Translations under genes and position numbers: made by a program
From: an uncultured Acidobacteriota bacterium
GTDB lineage: Bacteria; Acidobacteriota; Vicinamibacteria; Vicinamibacterales; UBA2999
DNA length: 64,000 bases
Reading direction: 5' to 3'
Assembly: GCA_963807405.1 (NCBI GenBank)
Contig: CAWEBU010000009.1
Location: 881,068-945,067 of the forward strand
The notes under the pieces: model-generated
Seen by the model: the letters and a program-made list of their open reading frames with translations, nothing else
Database searches by the model: none
What the model was told of the DNA's origin: nothing
Shown: in pieces, positions 39,677-50,212 of the stretch
How positions within the stretch are numbered: position 1 is the first letter of the stretch
Layout of the letters: the number at the start of each line of letters is the position of its first letter

Positions 39677-41170
39677 ATGCGCTACTCCCTCGTCGTCCAC
39701 GTCTGCGGCGTGCATCGTCCGGATGTTCGGCGCGATGTTCCTGGCGCCGTTGGTGGTGGCCCTGTGGTACGGCGAGCACCACGACGCCATCGGCTTCGGC
39801 CTGGCCGCCGTCGTGACCGGGGCGGCTCGGCCAGCTGATGCGCAAGGCCGGCGGCACGTCGGCCGAAGAGGCCGTCGAGCGCATGCGCCGCGTCGAGGGC
39901 CTGGCGGTGGTCTCGCTGTCGTGGCTGTTCATCGCCCAGTTCGCCGCCATCCCGTATCGTCTGGGTCGGGGCTGGGCCCGATCGACGCGCTGTTCGAGTC
40001 GATGTCGGGCCTGACGACCACCGGCGCCACCGTGTTCCGCGACTTCTCGCTGTTCGGCCGCGGCATCTTCTTCTGGCGGTCGCTCACGCAGTGGCTGGGC
40101 GGCATGGGCGTGATCGCGCTCTTCGTGGCCGTGCTGCCGCGGCTGGCGATCGGCGGGCGCGAGCTGTTCTTCGCCGAGGCCCCCGGGCCGAGCGACGACA
40201 AGGTCGAGCCCGCAGATCCGCCGCACGGCGAGCGTCGCTGTGGCAGCTCTACGCCGGCCTGACGGCGCTCGAGGTGCTGGCGCTCATGGCCGCCGGCATG
40301 TCGCCCTTCGACGCGGTGTGCCACGCCATGACGACGCTGGCGGCCGGCGGCTTCTCGCCGCATCCCGCTCTCGATCGCCGGCTACCACAACCCGGCCGTC
40401 GAGTGGATCCTCATCGGCTTCATGTTCGTGGCCGGTGCCAACTTCGCGCTGCAGTACCGCGCGCTGTCGCGGCGCAACGCCCGACTCGCTGGTGGTGGAC
40501 GAGGAACTGCGCACCTACGTCGGGGTGTCGTCGTCGCGACCGCTGCTGCTGTGCCGCGCTCGGGTTCGGCGCGGCGGCGTCGGCACCACCGTGCGCCAGG
40601 CGCTGTTCCAGGTGCTGTCGATCCTCACGACGACCGGCTACGCGAGCATCGACTTCCAGCTGTGGAACGACCAGGCGAAGATGGTGCTGCTCGTGCTGAT
40701 GTTCATCGGCGGGTGCGCCGGCTCGGCCTCGGGCGGGCCGAAGGTGGTCCGCCACCTGCTGCTGGCGCGCTTCACGCTGCAGAGCCTGCGGCGCGTGCTG
40801 CATCCGCGCGCCATCCTGCCGATGAAGCTGGGCGGCCGCGTCGTGCCCGATCCGATCATGCAGACCGTGGTCGTGTTCTTCCTGTTCTACCTGCTCGTCT
40901 TCTCGATCTGCACCGGCATCGTCGTGGCGCCTCGGCGCCGACATCGTCACCGGCATGACGGCCACCATCGCCTGCCTCGGCAACATCGGCCCGGGCTTCA
41001 ACGAGGTCGGGCCGATGGCCCACTTCGGCGACCTGCATCCGGTCAGCCGGGTCGTGCTGACGCTGGCGATGTGGATCGGGCGGCTCGAGGTGCTGACCGT
41101 GCTGGTGGTGCTGCGTCCCGAGGCGTGGCGGTCCGGGCAATGGTCCGCCGGCAGTCGCCGGATTGCCTGA
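39677..41170 (+). CDS. trkH: Trk potassium uptake membrane subunit (multiple frameshifts)
   Basis: FESMSGLTTTGAT, QWLGGMG, TLAAGGFS, TTTGY, FIGGCAGSASGGPK, LGNIGPG and MWIGRLE. Confidence 0.88.
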
Positions 41171-41244
41171 TCCGGCCGGCGGCTGGCCGCGGTAGAGTAG
41201 CGCGGCGGCGGCGCCCCGCGGGGCGGCCCGTGGAGACCCCAACG

Positions 41245-42405
41245 ATGGCACCGATGCGATTCGTACGGACCGCCGCCCTGCTGGCGCTCGTCACGCTGGC
41301 GCCGCGGCTCGGCGCCGAGACGCCGACGGCGCAGACGCCGGCGCCGGCAGCGCCCGCCGTCATCATGGGGCCGACCGGCCCCAGCCCGTACGAGGTCGTG
41401 CGCGGCTGGCACAAGCCGTTCGCCGCGCCCGGCTTCGCCTTCGGCGGCAACTCCGGCGTGTTCGCCGAATCGCCCGACCGCATCTTCGTCGCGCAGCGCG
41501 GGGAGTTCCGCCTGCCGTCGCCGCTGCCGCCGGAGTACGCCGGCTTTGCCGGCTCGCTCAAGATGAACGTGCTGACGCTGGTCGATCGGCGCGTGTGGCA
41601 GAACTGCCTCTACACGCTGGACGCGAGCGGCCGCGTCAAGGAACGCTGGACGCAGTGGGACCATCTCTGCGAGGGCTCCGCCGGTCCCGGGCCGCATCGG
41701 CTGCGCATCAGCCCCTACGATCCGGCGCGTCGCGTCTGGGTCATCAACGAGACCTTCCACACCATCTACGTGTTCTCGAACGACGGCAAGCAGCTCCTCA
41801 AGACGCTGGGCGAGAAGAACGTGCCCGGCGCCGATGCCACGCACTTCGCCAGGCCGCAGGATGTCGCCTTCCTGCCCGATGGCCGCATCCTCATCGCCGA
41901 CGGGCTCGACAACCACCGCGTGATGATCTTCGACCAGGACCTCAACTACCTGTCGGAGTTCGGCGGCAAGGGGTCGGCGCCCGGCCAGTTCAACGGCGTG
42001 CATGCGGTGGCGGTCGGGCCCGGCGGGCGCATCTTCGCGCTCGATCGCACGGGTGGCCGCGTCAACGTCTACCGCACCACCTCCGATCCGACGAAGGTGG
42101 AGGTCGAGGCGTCGTGGCCGGGCTTCTCGCTGCCGCTCGACCTCATCGTGAACGACGACGCGGTGTGGATGACGGACCTCAAGCCGCTCCGGTTCATCAA
42201 GCTGGATTTCACCGGCAAGCGCCTCTACACCTGGCTCGTGCCCGCCGACCTGCCGGACGGCTACCTGGAGGTCCACACCTTCTCGGTCGACTCGGCCGGC
42301 AACCTCTACGGCGGCGACAACCAGTACGGCCGCACGCAGAAGTTCGTGCCGAAGCCAGGCGCCGATCCGGCGCTGCTCATCAAGACGCCGTGGGTGCGCC
42401 GCTGA
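41245..42405 (+). CDS. Secreted NHL-repeat beta-propeller protein (PAL-like)
   Basis: Signal peptide; 'HFARPQDVAFLPDGRILIADG..NHRV' and 'G..PGQFNGVHAVAV'. Confidence 0.75.
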   Translation: MAPMRFVRTAALLALVTLAPRLGAETPTAQTPAPAAPAVIMGPTGPSPYEVVRGWHKPFAAPGFAFGGNSGVFAESPDRIFVAQRGEFRLPSPLPPEYAGFAGSLKMNVLTLVDRRVWQNCLYTLDASGRVKERWTQWDHLCEGSAGPGPHRLRISPYDPARRVWVINETFHTIYVFSNDGKQLLKTLGEKNVPGADATHFARPQDVAFLPDGRILIADGLDNHRVMIFDQDLNYLSEFGGKGSAPGQFNGVHAVAVGPGGRIFALDRTGGRVNVYRTTSDPTKVEVEASWPGFSLPLDLIVNDDAVWMTDLKPLRFIKLDFTGKRLYTWLVPADLPDGYLEVHTFSVDSAGNLYGGDNQYGRTQKFVPKPGADPALLIKTPWVRR

Positions 42406-42416
42406 CGCCCGGCGCG

Positions 42417-42998
42417 TCAGTCGTCGGCGGTGACCTCGCGCTGCAGACGCTGGGCGAGCCACGCGCGCGCCACACGGAAGTCACGCTTGGCGGTGGCCAG
42501 CGAGATGTCGAGCAGTTCGGCGGCTTCATTGCGGCCGCAGCCGAGGAAGGCGCACAGCTGCACGAGTTCGGCCTTCCGCGGGTCGAAGACCGCGAGCTCG
42601 TCGAGCGCCGCGTGCAGATCGAGCAGATCGCAGTCGCTGGGATCGGTGAGCTGCAGGTCTTCGGTGAGGGGCACGCGCTGGCGGCGGGCGCCCCGCTTCT
42701 CCGCCTGCCCGGTGCGCACGTGGTCGATCAGGATGTGGCGCATGGCGCCCGAGGCGAAGCCGAAGAAGGCGCGCCGATTCGGGAAGTGGGCCCGCTCCTG
42801 TTTCAGCATGCGCAGATACAGGTCGTGCACCAGCATCGTCGCCTGAATGGTGCCTGACCGACCGCCGCGCATGTAGCGCGACGCCATCTGCCGCAGCTCC
42901 GGGTAGACCTCGGCGACCAGGCGGTCGAGGGCCCCCTGGTCGCCCTGGGTCCAATCCTGCAGGAGCCGCGTGAGATGTCCGGCGGGGAGGTCGGTCAT
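42417..42998 (-). CDS. ECF sigma factor, kinase-associated type
   Basis: 'LTRLL..W..GD..AL..L...VY.ELR..A', 'QATMLVHDLYLR', 'AMRHILIDH.R...A.KRG' and 'T.KRD...ARAWL'. Confidence 0.88.
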   Translation of the reverse strand: MTDLPAGHLTRLLQDWTQGDQGALDRLVAEVYPELRQMASRYMRGGRSGTIQATMLVHDLYLRMLKQERAHFPNRRAFFGFASGAMRHILIDHVRTGQAEKRGARRQRVPLTEDLQLTDPSDCDLLDLHAALDELAVFDPRKAELVQLCAFLGCGRNEAAELLDISLATAKRDFRVARAWLAQRLQREVTADD

Positions 42999-43119
42999 GC
43001 CTGTGCTCCGGAAGTATCGCTGAATCCGCGTCGCCGGCACCACTCGCGGGTGGTCCGTGAGCCCTCGAGGCGTCCGTTCCCGTTCATATGGACGAGACCA
43101 CGGAAAGGACGCTTCCCAG

Positions 43120-45192
43120 ATGACGACACCGAAACCAGCCCTGCTGCCGGCTCTGTTGTTCGCGACGCTCGCGTGCGTTGCCGGTATCCCCGACGCGCTC
43201 GCTCAACCCGCCCTGCCAGGGGCTCCCACGAACCTGCAGGCCGCCGTCAACGGCAACACCATCAGCCTGACGTGGAACGCGCCGTCGAGCGGCGGCGCGC
43301 CGACCGGCTACACCCTGCTCGCCCGCACGACGGTCGGCGGCCCGCTGCTGGCCACGGTGCCGGTCGGCAACGTGACCTCGTTTGCCACGGCCGGCCCGAA
43401 CGGCGTGTTCGTGCTGAGTCTGGTGGCCACGAACGCCACGGGCGCCGGCCCGGAATCGTCGACCATCGGCGTCACGCTGCCGACGATGCCAGCGCCCCCG
43501 GGCGCGCCATCGAGTCTCGTCGCCGCCGCGTTCGGCGATACCGCCACCTTCACCTGGGACCCGCCGTTCTCCGGCGGCGCCGTGGCGAACTACGTGCTCT
43601 TCGCCGGATTCACTCCGGGGTTCGCCGCGCCGATCGCGACGCTGCCCGTGCCGGCGTCGCAGGCCAGTGTGGTCGTGCCTGGCGTGCCGGCCGGCACCTA
43701 CTACGTACGCGTCGTGGCGCAGAACGCCGGCGGCACGAGTGCGCCCACCAACGAGGCGACCATGACGATTGCCGGCCCCCTGGCGCCGGGCGCTCCCACA
43801 TTGAGCCAGCCGACCGGCGCCGGCAATACCTTGAACCTGGCCTGGGCGGCGGGCGGCGGCGGCCTGCCCACGTCGTACCTGCTCACCGCCCTCACGACCG
43901 GCGGCGCCGTGGTGGCCACGGTGCCGCTCTCGGGCACGGCGATCTCGTTTGCCAACGTGCCCAATGGCACCTACGTCCTGCGACTGGTGGCCGTCAACGC
44001 GGTCGGCGCGAGCGCGCCCTCGAACCAGGTCACGGTGACGCTGCCGATCACGGGACCGCCGCCCCCGCCGCCCCCAATCGCGCCGCTCGGCAACGACATC
44101 CTCAGCTCGGACGCCAACTTCGCCAGCAAGCTGGCGCTCTCCGCCAACGGTCAGCGCGTCGCCGTCACCGCATTCGGCACCGCCAACGGCACGACGCGTG
44201 TCTACGAACGCGTCGGCAGCACCTGGACGCAGATCGGCGGCGACATCATCGGCGAAGCGGCGGGTGATCGGGCCGGCACCAGCGTCGATATCAACGCCGC
44301 CGGCAGCCGCGTCGCCATCGGCGCGTATCTGAACGATGGCGGCGGCAACGCGTCGGGACACGTGCGCGTCTACGACCTGGTGGGCAACACGTGGACGCAG
44401 GTGGGCGCGGACCTCGACGGAGACGCCGCCGGCTGGGGGCTGGGCTGGAGCGTGGCCCTGTCGGCCAGCGGTGACCGTCTCGTCACGGGCGGGCCGACCA
44501 ACGGCGGCACCAACGGCCGTTTCAAGGCCTTCGAACTGGTCGGCGGCACGTGGACACAACTGGGGGCGACGGTGCCTGGCATCCATGAGTTCGGAGATGC
44601 GGTGGACATCTCGGCCGATGGCACCACGATTGCCGTCAGTTCACCCTCGGCCGCCGGCTCGTCGCGCGCCGGCACCGTGCAGGTCTTCCGCCTGACCGGA
44701 GGGAACTGGAGCCAGGTCGGCAACACGTTGCAGGGCGAGGCGATCGCGGATCTCTTCGGAGAGGGGCTCTCGCTCTCCGCGAACGGATCGCGCATCGCCG
44801 TGGCGGCACCCAACGACCGGGAGGGCGGCGTGAGCGGCGGTGGCGATCCGGCTGGCAAGGTGCGGGTGTTCGATCTGGTCGGCGGCACCTGGACGCAGGT
44901 GGGCGGGGATGTCCTCGGCAGCACCGGCCTGAATGGCGAGGGGTTGGGCGAGACGCTCGAGATCTCGGCCGACGGCACGCGCTTCGCGGCCACCGGGTCG
45001 AGCCAGAACCTCGCGAAGGTCTACACCCTCGCGGGTGGCGCCTGGGTGCAGATCGGGACCGACATCGTAGGCGTGAACGGGCAAGCAGCTCGCCCCGAAG
45101 GCCTTGCGCTGTCAGGCGACGGCCGCACCGTCGCGGTCGGGTTCGTCAACGGCACGCCGAGGCGTGTGCGTCTCTTCAGCGTCACCCCGTAG
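43120..45192 (+). CDS. Secreted protein with three fibronectin-III domains, a Pro-rich linker and an FG-GAP-like beta-propeller
   Basis: Three 'PGAP..L.......LTW' / 'Y.vRvvA.NA.G.S.P.N' units; PPPPPP linker; repeats of 'WTQvG.Di.G....G.svalSadG.RvA'. Confidence 0.8.
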   Translation: MTTPKPALLPALLFATLACVAGIPDALAQPALPGAPTNLQAAVNGNTISLTWNAPSSGGAPTGYTLLARTTVGGPLLATVPVGNVTSFATAGPNGVFVLSLVATNATGAGPESSTIGVTLPTMPAPPGAPSSLVAAAFGDTATFTWDPPFSGGAVANYVLFAGFTPGFAAPIATLPVPASQASVVVPGVPAGTYYVRVVAQNAGGTSAPTNEATMTIAGPLAPGAPTLSQPTGAGNTLNLAWAAGGGGLPTSYLLTALTTGGAVVATVPLSGTAISFANVPNGTYVLRLVAVNAVGASAPSNQVTVTLPITGPPPPPPPIAPLGNDILSSDANFASKLALSANGQRVAVTAFGTANGTTRVYERVGSTWTQIGGDIIGEAAGDRAGTSVDINAAGSRVAIGAYLNDGGGNASGHVRVYDLVGNTWTQVGADLDGDAAGWGLGWSVALSASGDRLVTGGPTNGGTNGRFKAFELVGGTWTQLGATVPGIHEFGDAVDISADGTTIAVSSPSAAGSSRAGTVQVFRLTGGNWSQVGNTLQGEAIADLFGEGLSLSANGSRIAVAAPNDREGGVSGGGDPAGKVRVFDLVGGTWTQVGGDVLGSTGLNGEGLGETLEISADGTRFAATGSSQNLAKVYTLAGGAWVQIGTDIVGVNGQAARPEGLALSGDGRTVAVGFVNGTPRRVRLFSVTP

Positions 45193-45308
45193 GCGGACGC
45201 TCTCACCGGTGCGACATCATGTCCGACGCCTGCCGCCGGGCGTGATGTCGCGCATCTCGTGCGCCGCGGCCGGTGCCGTGCCAGCGCGGTAGTATCCCAG
45301 TCATCGCC

Positions 45309-47769
45309 ATGGACACCACCCGCTGGCAGCAGATCGAAGCCGTGTTCCACGAAGTGGCTGACCTCCCGGCGGAAACGCGCGAGGCCGCCATCGTGCGTCA
45401 TTGCGGGAACGACGCGGGGCTGGCCAGCGAGGTACGCACCCTGCTCGCCCAGGACGCCGGGCTGGCCGCCGAGGCCGCGACCGGCGATCCGCACCTGGGC
45501 TTGAGGCTCGGCCACTACGAGATCACCGCGCTCATCGCCCGCGGCGGCATGGCAGCCGTCTACGAGGCACGGCGCGCCGACGACCAGTTCCAGCAGCGCG
45601 TCGCCGTGAAGATCATGGATCTGCGGCTGTCGGATCCGGAGCTGGTGGCCCGGTTCCGCGCCGAACGGCAGATTCTGGCGGCGCTCGAGCACCCGGCGAT
45701 CACGCGGCTGCTCGATGGCGGCGTGACCGGCCTCGGCGAGCCGTACCTGGTGATGGAGTTCGTCGAGGGCCTCGCCCTCGATGTCTACTGCGACGAGCGC
45801 CGCCTGGACGTGCCGGCGCGGCTGCGCCTGTTCGCCGAGGTGTGCGAGGGCGTGGCCTTCGCGCACCGCAATCTCGTGCTGCATCGCGACCTCAAGCCGT
45901 CCAACATCCTGGTGACGGCCGAGGGCCGCGTGAAGGTGGTGGACTTCGGCACGGCCACCCTGATGCAGCCCGAGCGCCTGGCGACCACGTCGCGGGCGCC
46001 GCTGACGCCGGCCTACGCGAGTCCGGAGCAACTGACCGGCAATGCCGTGGGCACGGCCAGCGATCAGGTACAGCCTTGGCCTCGTGCTGTTCGAGTTGCT
46101 GACCGGCGCGCCGGCGTTCGGCAATCGGACGTCGCTCATGGCGGCGGTGGAGCGGGCACTGGCGGCCACGACCACGACGGCGCCGCGCGCGGCGGTGACC
46201 GAAGCGGCGGCGGCGGCCCGGCAGACCTCGCTGGCCAAGCTCCGGCGTTCGCTGTCGGGGGACCTGGCGACCGTGCTCGGCAAGGCCCTCGCGCACGATC
46301 CGGCGGCCCGCTACGCCAGCGTGCAGCACTTCGCCGACGACTTCAGGCGCTGGCTGCAGGGCGAGCCGGTGCTCGCCCGGCCGCCGTCGCTCGCCTACCA
46401 GGCGTCGCGGTTCGTCCACCGCCACTGGGTGGCGACGTCGGTCGCGGCGACGCTGGCCGTGGCGCTCGTCATCGCCACCGGCGTGTCACTGCAGCAGGCC
46501 GCCCTGGCGCGCCGCCAGGCCGACGAGGCGCGGCGGCAGGCAGCGGTCGCGCGCACGGAGTCGGAGCGGACGCGGCAGTTGAACCGCTTCATGACCGGTA
46601 TGTTGTCGTCGGCCAACCCCAGTTGGGGCAACACCAACGCCGCGCGCGCCGGCACCATCACCGTGCGGGAGGTGCTCGACGGCGCCAGCCAGATCGTCGA
46701 GAAGGAGCTGGCCGGGTCGCCGCTCGTCGAAGCGCAGATGCGCCAGACCATCGGCACCACCTACGTGGGCCTGGGCGCCTACGACCAGGGCCGCCCGCAT
46801 CTCGAGCGGGCGCTGGCCCTGTATCGCGAACAGGGCGATGGGCTCGGCGAGGCGCAGACCCAGGCGGCGATGGCGACGGAACGCAACCGGCGCGGCCTCT
46901 TCCCGGAGGCCGAAGCGCTGCTGCGCCAGGCGCTCGCCTACGTGCGATCGCCGGGAACGCGCGCCGATCCCCTGTTCCAGCTGCAGGTGCAGACCGAGCT
47001 CTCAACGGTCCTGAGCAATCAGCAAACGGCACATCCCGAAGGGATGACGCTGCTGCGCGAGTCGATGGCGCTGGCCGACCGCCACGCCCTCAATCCCGCC
47101 GCCCTTTCCGTCGTGCTGCACAACTTCGGCCTGCAGCTCCTGCTGACCGGGCAGCTCGACGAGGCCGAGCGCCTGATCCGCCAGGCCTACGAGCGGCAGA
47201 ACAGCATGACGCCGCCGGCCGGCGAGCGGTTCATGGCGCTGCGCAGCCTGTCCGAGGTGTACCGGTCGCGCGGCAACGCGGCGGAGGCGCTACGCGTGGC
47301 GCAGGAAGCCGCCGACGGGATCGCGCGGGTCTTCCCGCCCGCGCACCCGTATCAGGCGCCGGTCCAGATCGCCCTCGGGCGCGCGCTGGTCTCGGCCGGG
47401 CAGGTCGAGAAGGGACGGGAGACGCTCCTCGCCGTCTATACGGCGCTCCGAGCCGCGCGACCGGCCGGCAGCGTCGATCTGCTCGGTCCGCAGGTGGGCC
47501 TCGGGGCGGCACACCGGCTGGCCGGCGATCTGAAGGCGTCGGAGGCCGTGCTGCGCGAAGCGCGGGCCATCATCCTGGCGAACCCCGGCATGCAGAACTC
47601 CATGCCCGGCATCGCCGGCGAACTGGGCCTCACGCTGCAGGCGATGGGACGTCGGGCCGAGGCTGATGCGCTCCTGCGCGACGCTCACAGCCACCTGCAG
47701 CGGATCTACGGCGACGAGCATCCCTCGACCAAACGCGCCCTGGCCCGGGTGCAGGGCGCGAGTCAGTAG
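45309..47769 (+). CDS. Membrane Ser/Thr protein kinase with TPR-like C-terminal region (frameshift near 46065)
   Basis: RGGMAAVY, VAVK, HRDLKPSNIL, DFG and YASPEQ; DxYSLG split by the frameshift; TM helix, then TPR-like repeats. Confidence 0.88.
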
Positions 47770-49287
47770 GGCGCCAGTGGTGGGTCGCCGGCCGGATTGC
47801 GCAGCGGGCGCGGCGGGTCGTGGCGGGCGGTGAGCCGCGAGACCACGGGCAGCAGTATCAGGCCGGCGGCGGCCGCCACCGTTCGGAACGGGAAGCCATC
47901 CGGGTAGGCGAGAAGCGCCGGCACGCCGAGCAGCGGCTCGCCGCCGCCGAGCCGGAGCACCGCCGACACGGCGAACGCCGCGACCGAGCCGGTGCGGTTG
48001 GCTTTCGGGTCGAAGAGCGCGCTCGTGAGCTGCGGAAACAGCAGCACGAACACCAGGTCGCTCGTGAAGAACCACAGCGCCTGCACGCTCTGCACCCGCA
48101 GCGCCAGCACCGCCGCCAGGGCGCCGAACAGCAGGATCGAGCCGCGGATGACCCGGCGCATCGCCGCCACCGAGAGCGACGGCCATATCAGGCGCTTCAC
48201 GCAGTTCCAACTCAGCATCGATCCGGCCGAGAGAATCGACGAGCTGAAGCTCGAGGTCACTGCCCCGATGATGGCCGCCAGGCCGAGCAGCCCGACGAGC
48301 GGTGGCACCGCGTGCGCGAAGAGCAGCGGCATCGCGTCCGCCGGCGAGCGTCCGAGCCGCGCCGCCAGATCCGGCGGCCACGGGTAGGCGAACGCCCCGA
48401 TGCCCATGAGCAGCGGCGGCACCGTCAGGGCGATCGTCAGCAGGCCGGCGAGCACGGAGTGGCGCGGCGGCGTCGCGCGGCGTGCGGCACGACAGCACGC
48501 GCTGGAAGTACGCAGTTCCACGGGATGCCGCCGAGCACCAGCATCAGGGAGCGTGTCCCACCAGCCGCAGCACCGCGCCGCCGCTGCCACGCGGCCGTCA
48601 GCGGTGCGAGTGGCGGTAGCACGCCGAGCGACGTCCGGCCGGGCTGCAGCGTAGGCCGCCAGGCGCCGCCGAGGCCGCCCGACGGCGTCGAGGACGTAGG
48701 GCATCGCCACGGCCGAGGCCGAGCACGACGAGGGCCGAGCTGCACGATGTCCGTGTAGGCCACCGACCACATGCCGCCGGCCATCGTGTAGGCCGTCGTC
48801 ACGACGGCCGCCAGCAGCGATGGCGGTCGTCAGCGGCATCTCGAGCAGCACGCCGAAGGTGGCGCCGATGGCCACCAGCAGCTCGGCGCTCCAGAACAGC
48901 TCGCCGGCCAGCGCCGGCAGGAACAGCACGGCCGCCCAGCGGGCGCCGAAGCGGGCGTCGAGGGGATCGATGAGCGTGGTGAAGCCGAAGCGCCGCATGC
49001 GGGAGGCGAAGAACACGCCGCCGAGGATCAGGCTGAGGCCGAAGCACAGCCCGCCCTGGATGCCCGAGCTGCAGCGACGACGCGTAGACCCCTTCCGTCG
49101 TGCCGAGCAGGTAGCCGCCGTCGACCCAGGTGGCGGTCATCGTCAGCGCCGCGATCCACAGCGGCATGGCGCGGCCGGCCACGATCAGATCGGCGGCCGT
49201 GCCGTGCCGGGCCTTGCGGGCGGCCAGCCAGCCGACGGCGAGGAACACCGCGTACATCGCCACCACGGCGCCGACGGCTGCGCTCAT
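47763..49287 (-). CDS. Sodium:solute symporter, high-affinity choline transporter (SLC5A7/CHT1)-like (multiple frameshifts)
   Basis: 'MTATWVDGGYLLGTTE', 'YTMAGGMWSVAYTDIVQL', 'LGGIPW', 'SSSILSAGSM' and 'SDLVFVLLFPQL'. Confidence 0.8.
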
Positions 49288-49407
49288 GTCGCGGCCGATT
49301 GTATGCGCGACGCGCCGCTCACACGACGGCGGCGTTTGCTATCACCTGGGCTTCCCGTTATTGTTAGTCCGCTTTCAGGCTCCATCAGCGACTTCGGAGG
49401 CGGGCTC

Positions 49408-50212
49408 ATGCAGGTTATTCCGGTCGCTGCCGTACATCGTGGCTTCGGGACGACGTCCCGGCGCGACAAGTGGTGGGCAGCACCAGTCGGCGTCTTCTTC
49501 GGTCTTTCAGCGTTCGTCGTCTACGCGACGTGGGCGGCGTTCCAGAACGCCCACTACACCTTCGGCCCGTACCTGTCGCCGTTCTATTCGCCCGAAGATG
49601 TTCGGTGACTTCGCCGCACGCGTGGTTCGGGCCGAAGCCGGGGTGGTGGCCGGCAATCTGCCGTTCTCGCCGGCGCTGCTCATCCTGCCGTTTCCCGGCG
49701 GGTTCCGCTTCACCTGCTATTACTACCGCGGTGCCTACTACAAGGCGTTCTGGGCCGACCCGCCGTCGTGCGCGGTCGGCGAGCCGCGCAAGAGCTATCT
49801 CGGCGAGAACTCGTTTCCGCTGATCCTGCAGAACGTCCACCGCTACTTCATGTGGGTGGCGATCGTGTTCATCGGCCTGCTCACCTGGGACGCCTGGAAG
49901 GCCTTCTGGTTCCCAATCCCACGACCGGCGCAGGTCGAGTTCGGCGTTGGCGTCGGCACGCTCGTGCTGCTGGTCAACGTCGTCCTGCTGGCCGGCTACA
50001 CCTTCGGCTGCCACGTGCTCCGCCACGTCATCGGCGGACGGCTCGATGAGGTGTCGAAGTCGCCGGCCTGCGACATGGCCTACGCCTGCGTCAGCGGCCT
50101 CAACGTGCGCCACCAGCTCTTCGCCTGGTGCAGCCTGTTCTCGGTGATGTTCGCCGACATCTACGTCCGCCTGTGCTCGATGGGCGTCATGACCGACGTG
50201 AGGCTCTTCTGA
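49408..50212 (+). CDS. Sdh1-type (Rv0249c-like) succinate dehydrogenase membrane anchor (frameshift near 49598)
   Basis: 'R.D.WW', 'YLSPFYSP', 'GFRFTCYYYRGAYYKAFW.DPP.CAV.EP', 'QN.HRYF', 'GCH..RH' and 'RHQLFAW'. Confidence 0.78.

Noticed and set aside
38323-41170. Programmed frameshifting or phase variation in trkA/trkH
   Set aside because: Too many indels, with no consistent slippery site or long repeat tract; sequencing error is simpler.
40240-42405. Apparent TrkH-NHL fusion (721 aa)
   Set aside because: Caused by an indel near 40930; TrkH ends at 41170 in another frame and the NHL protein has its own signal peptide from 41245.
44210-45065. Recurring DNA motif like GGCACCTGGACGCAG(G/A)T
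   Set aside because: Encodes the WTQ-G blades of the FG-GAP-like propeller; a protein repeat, not a DNA element.
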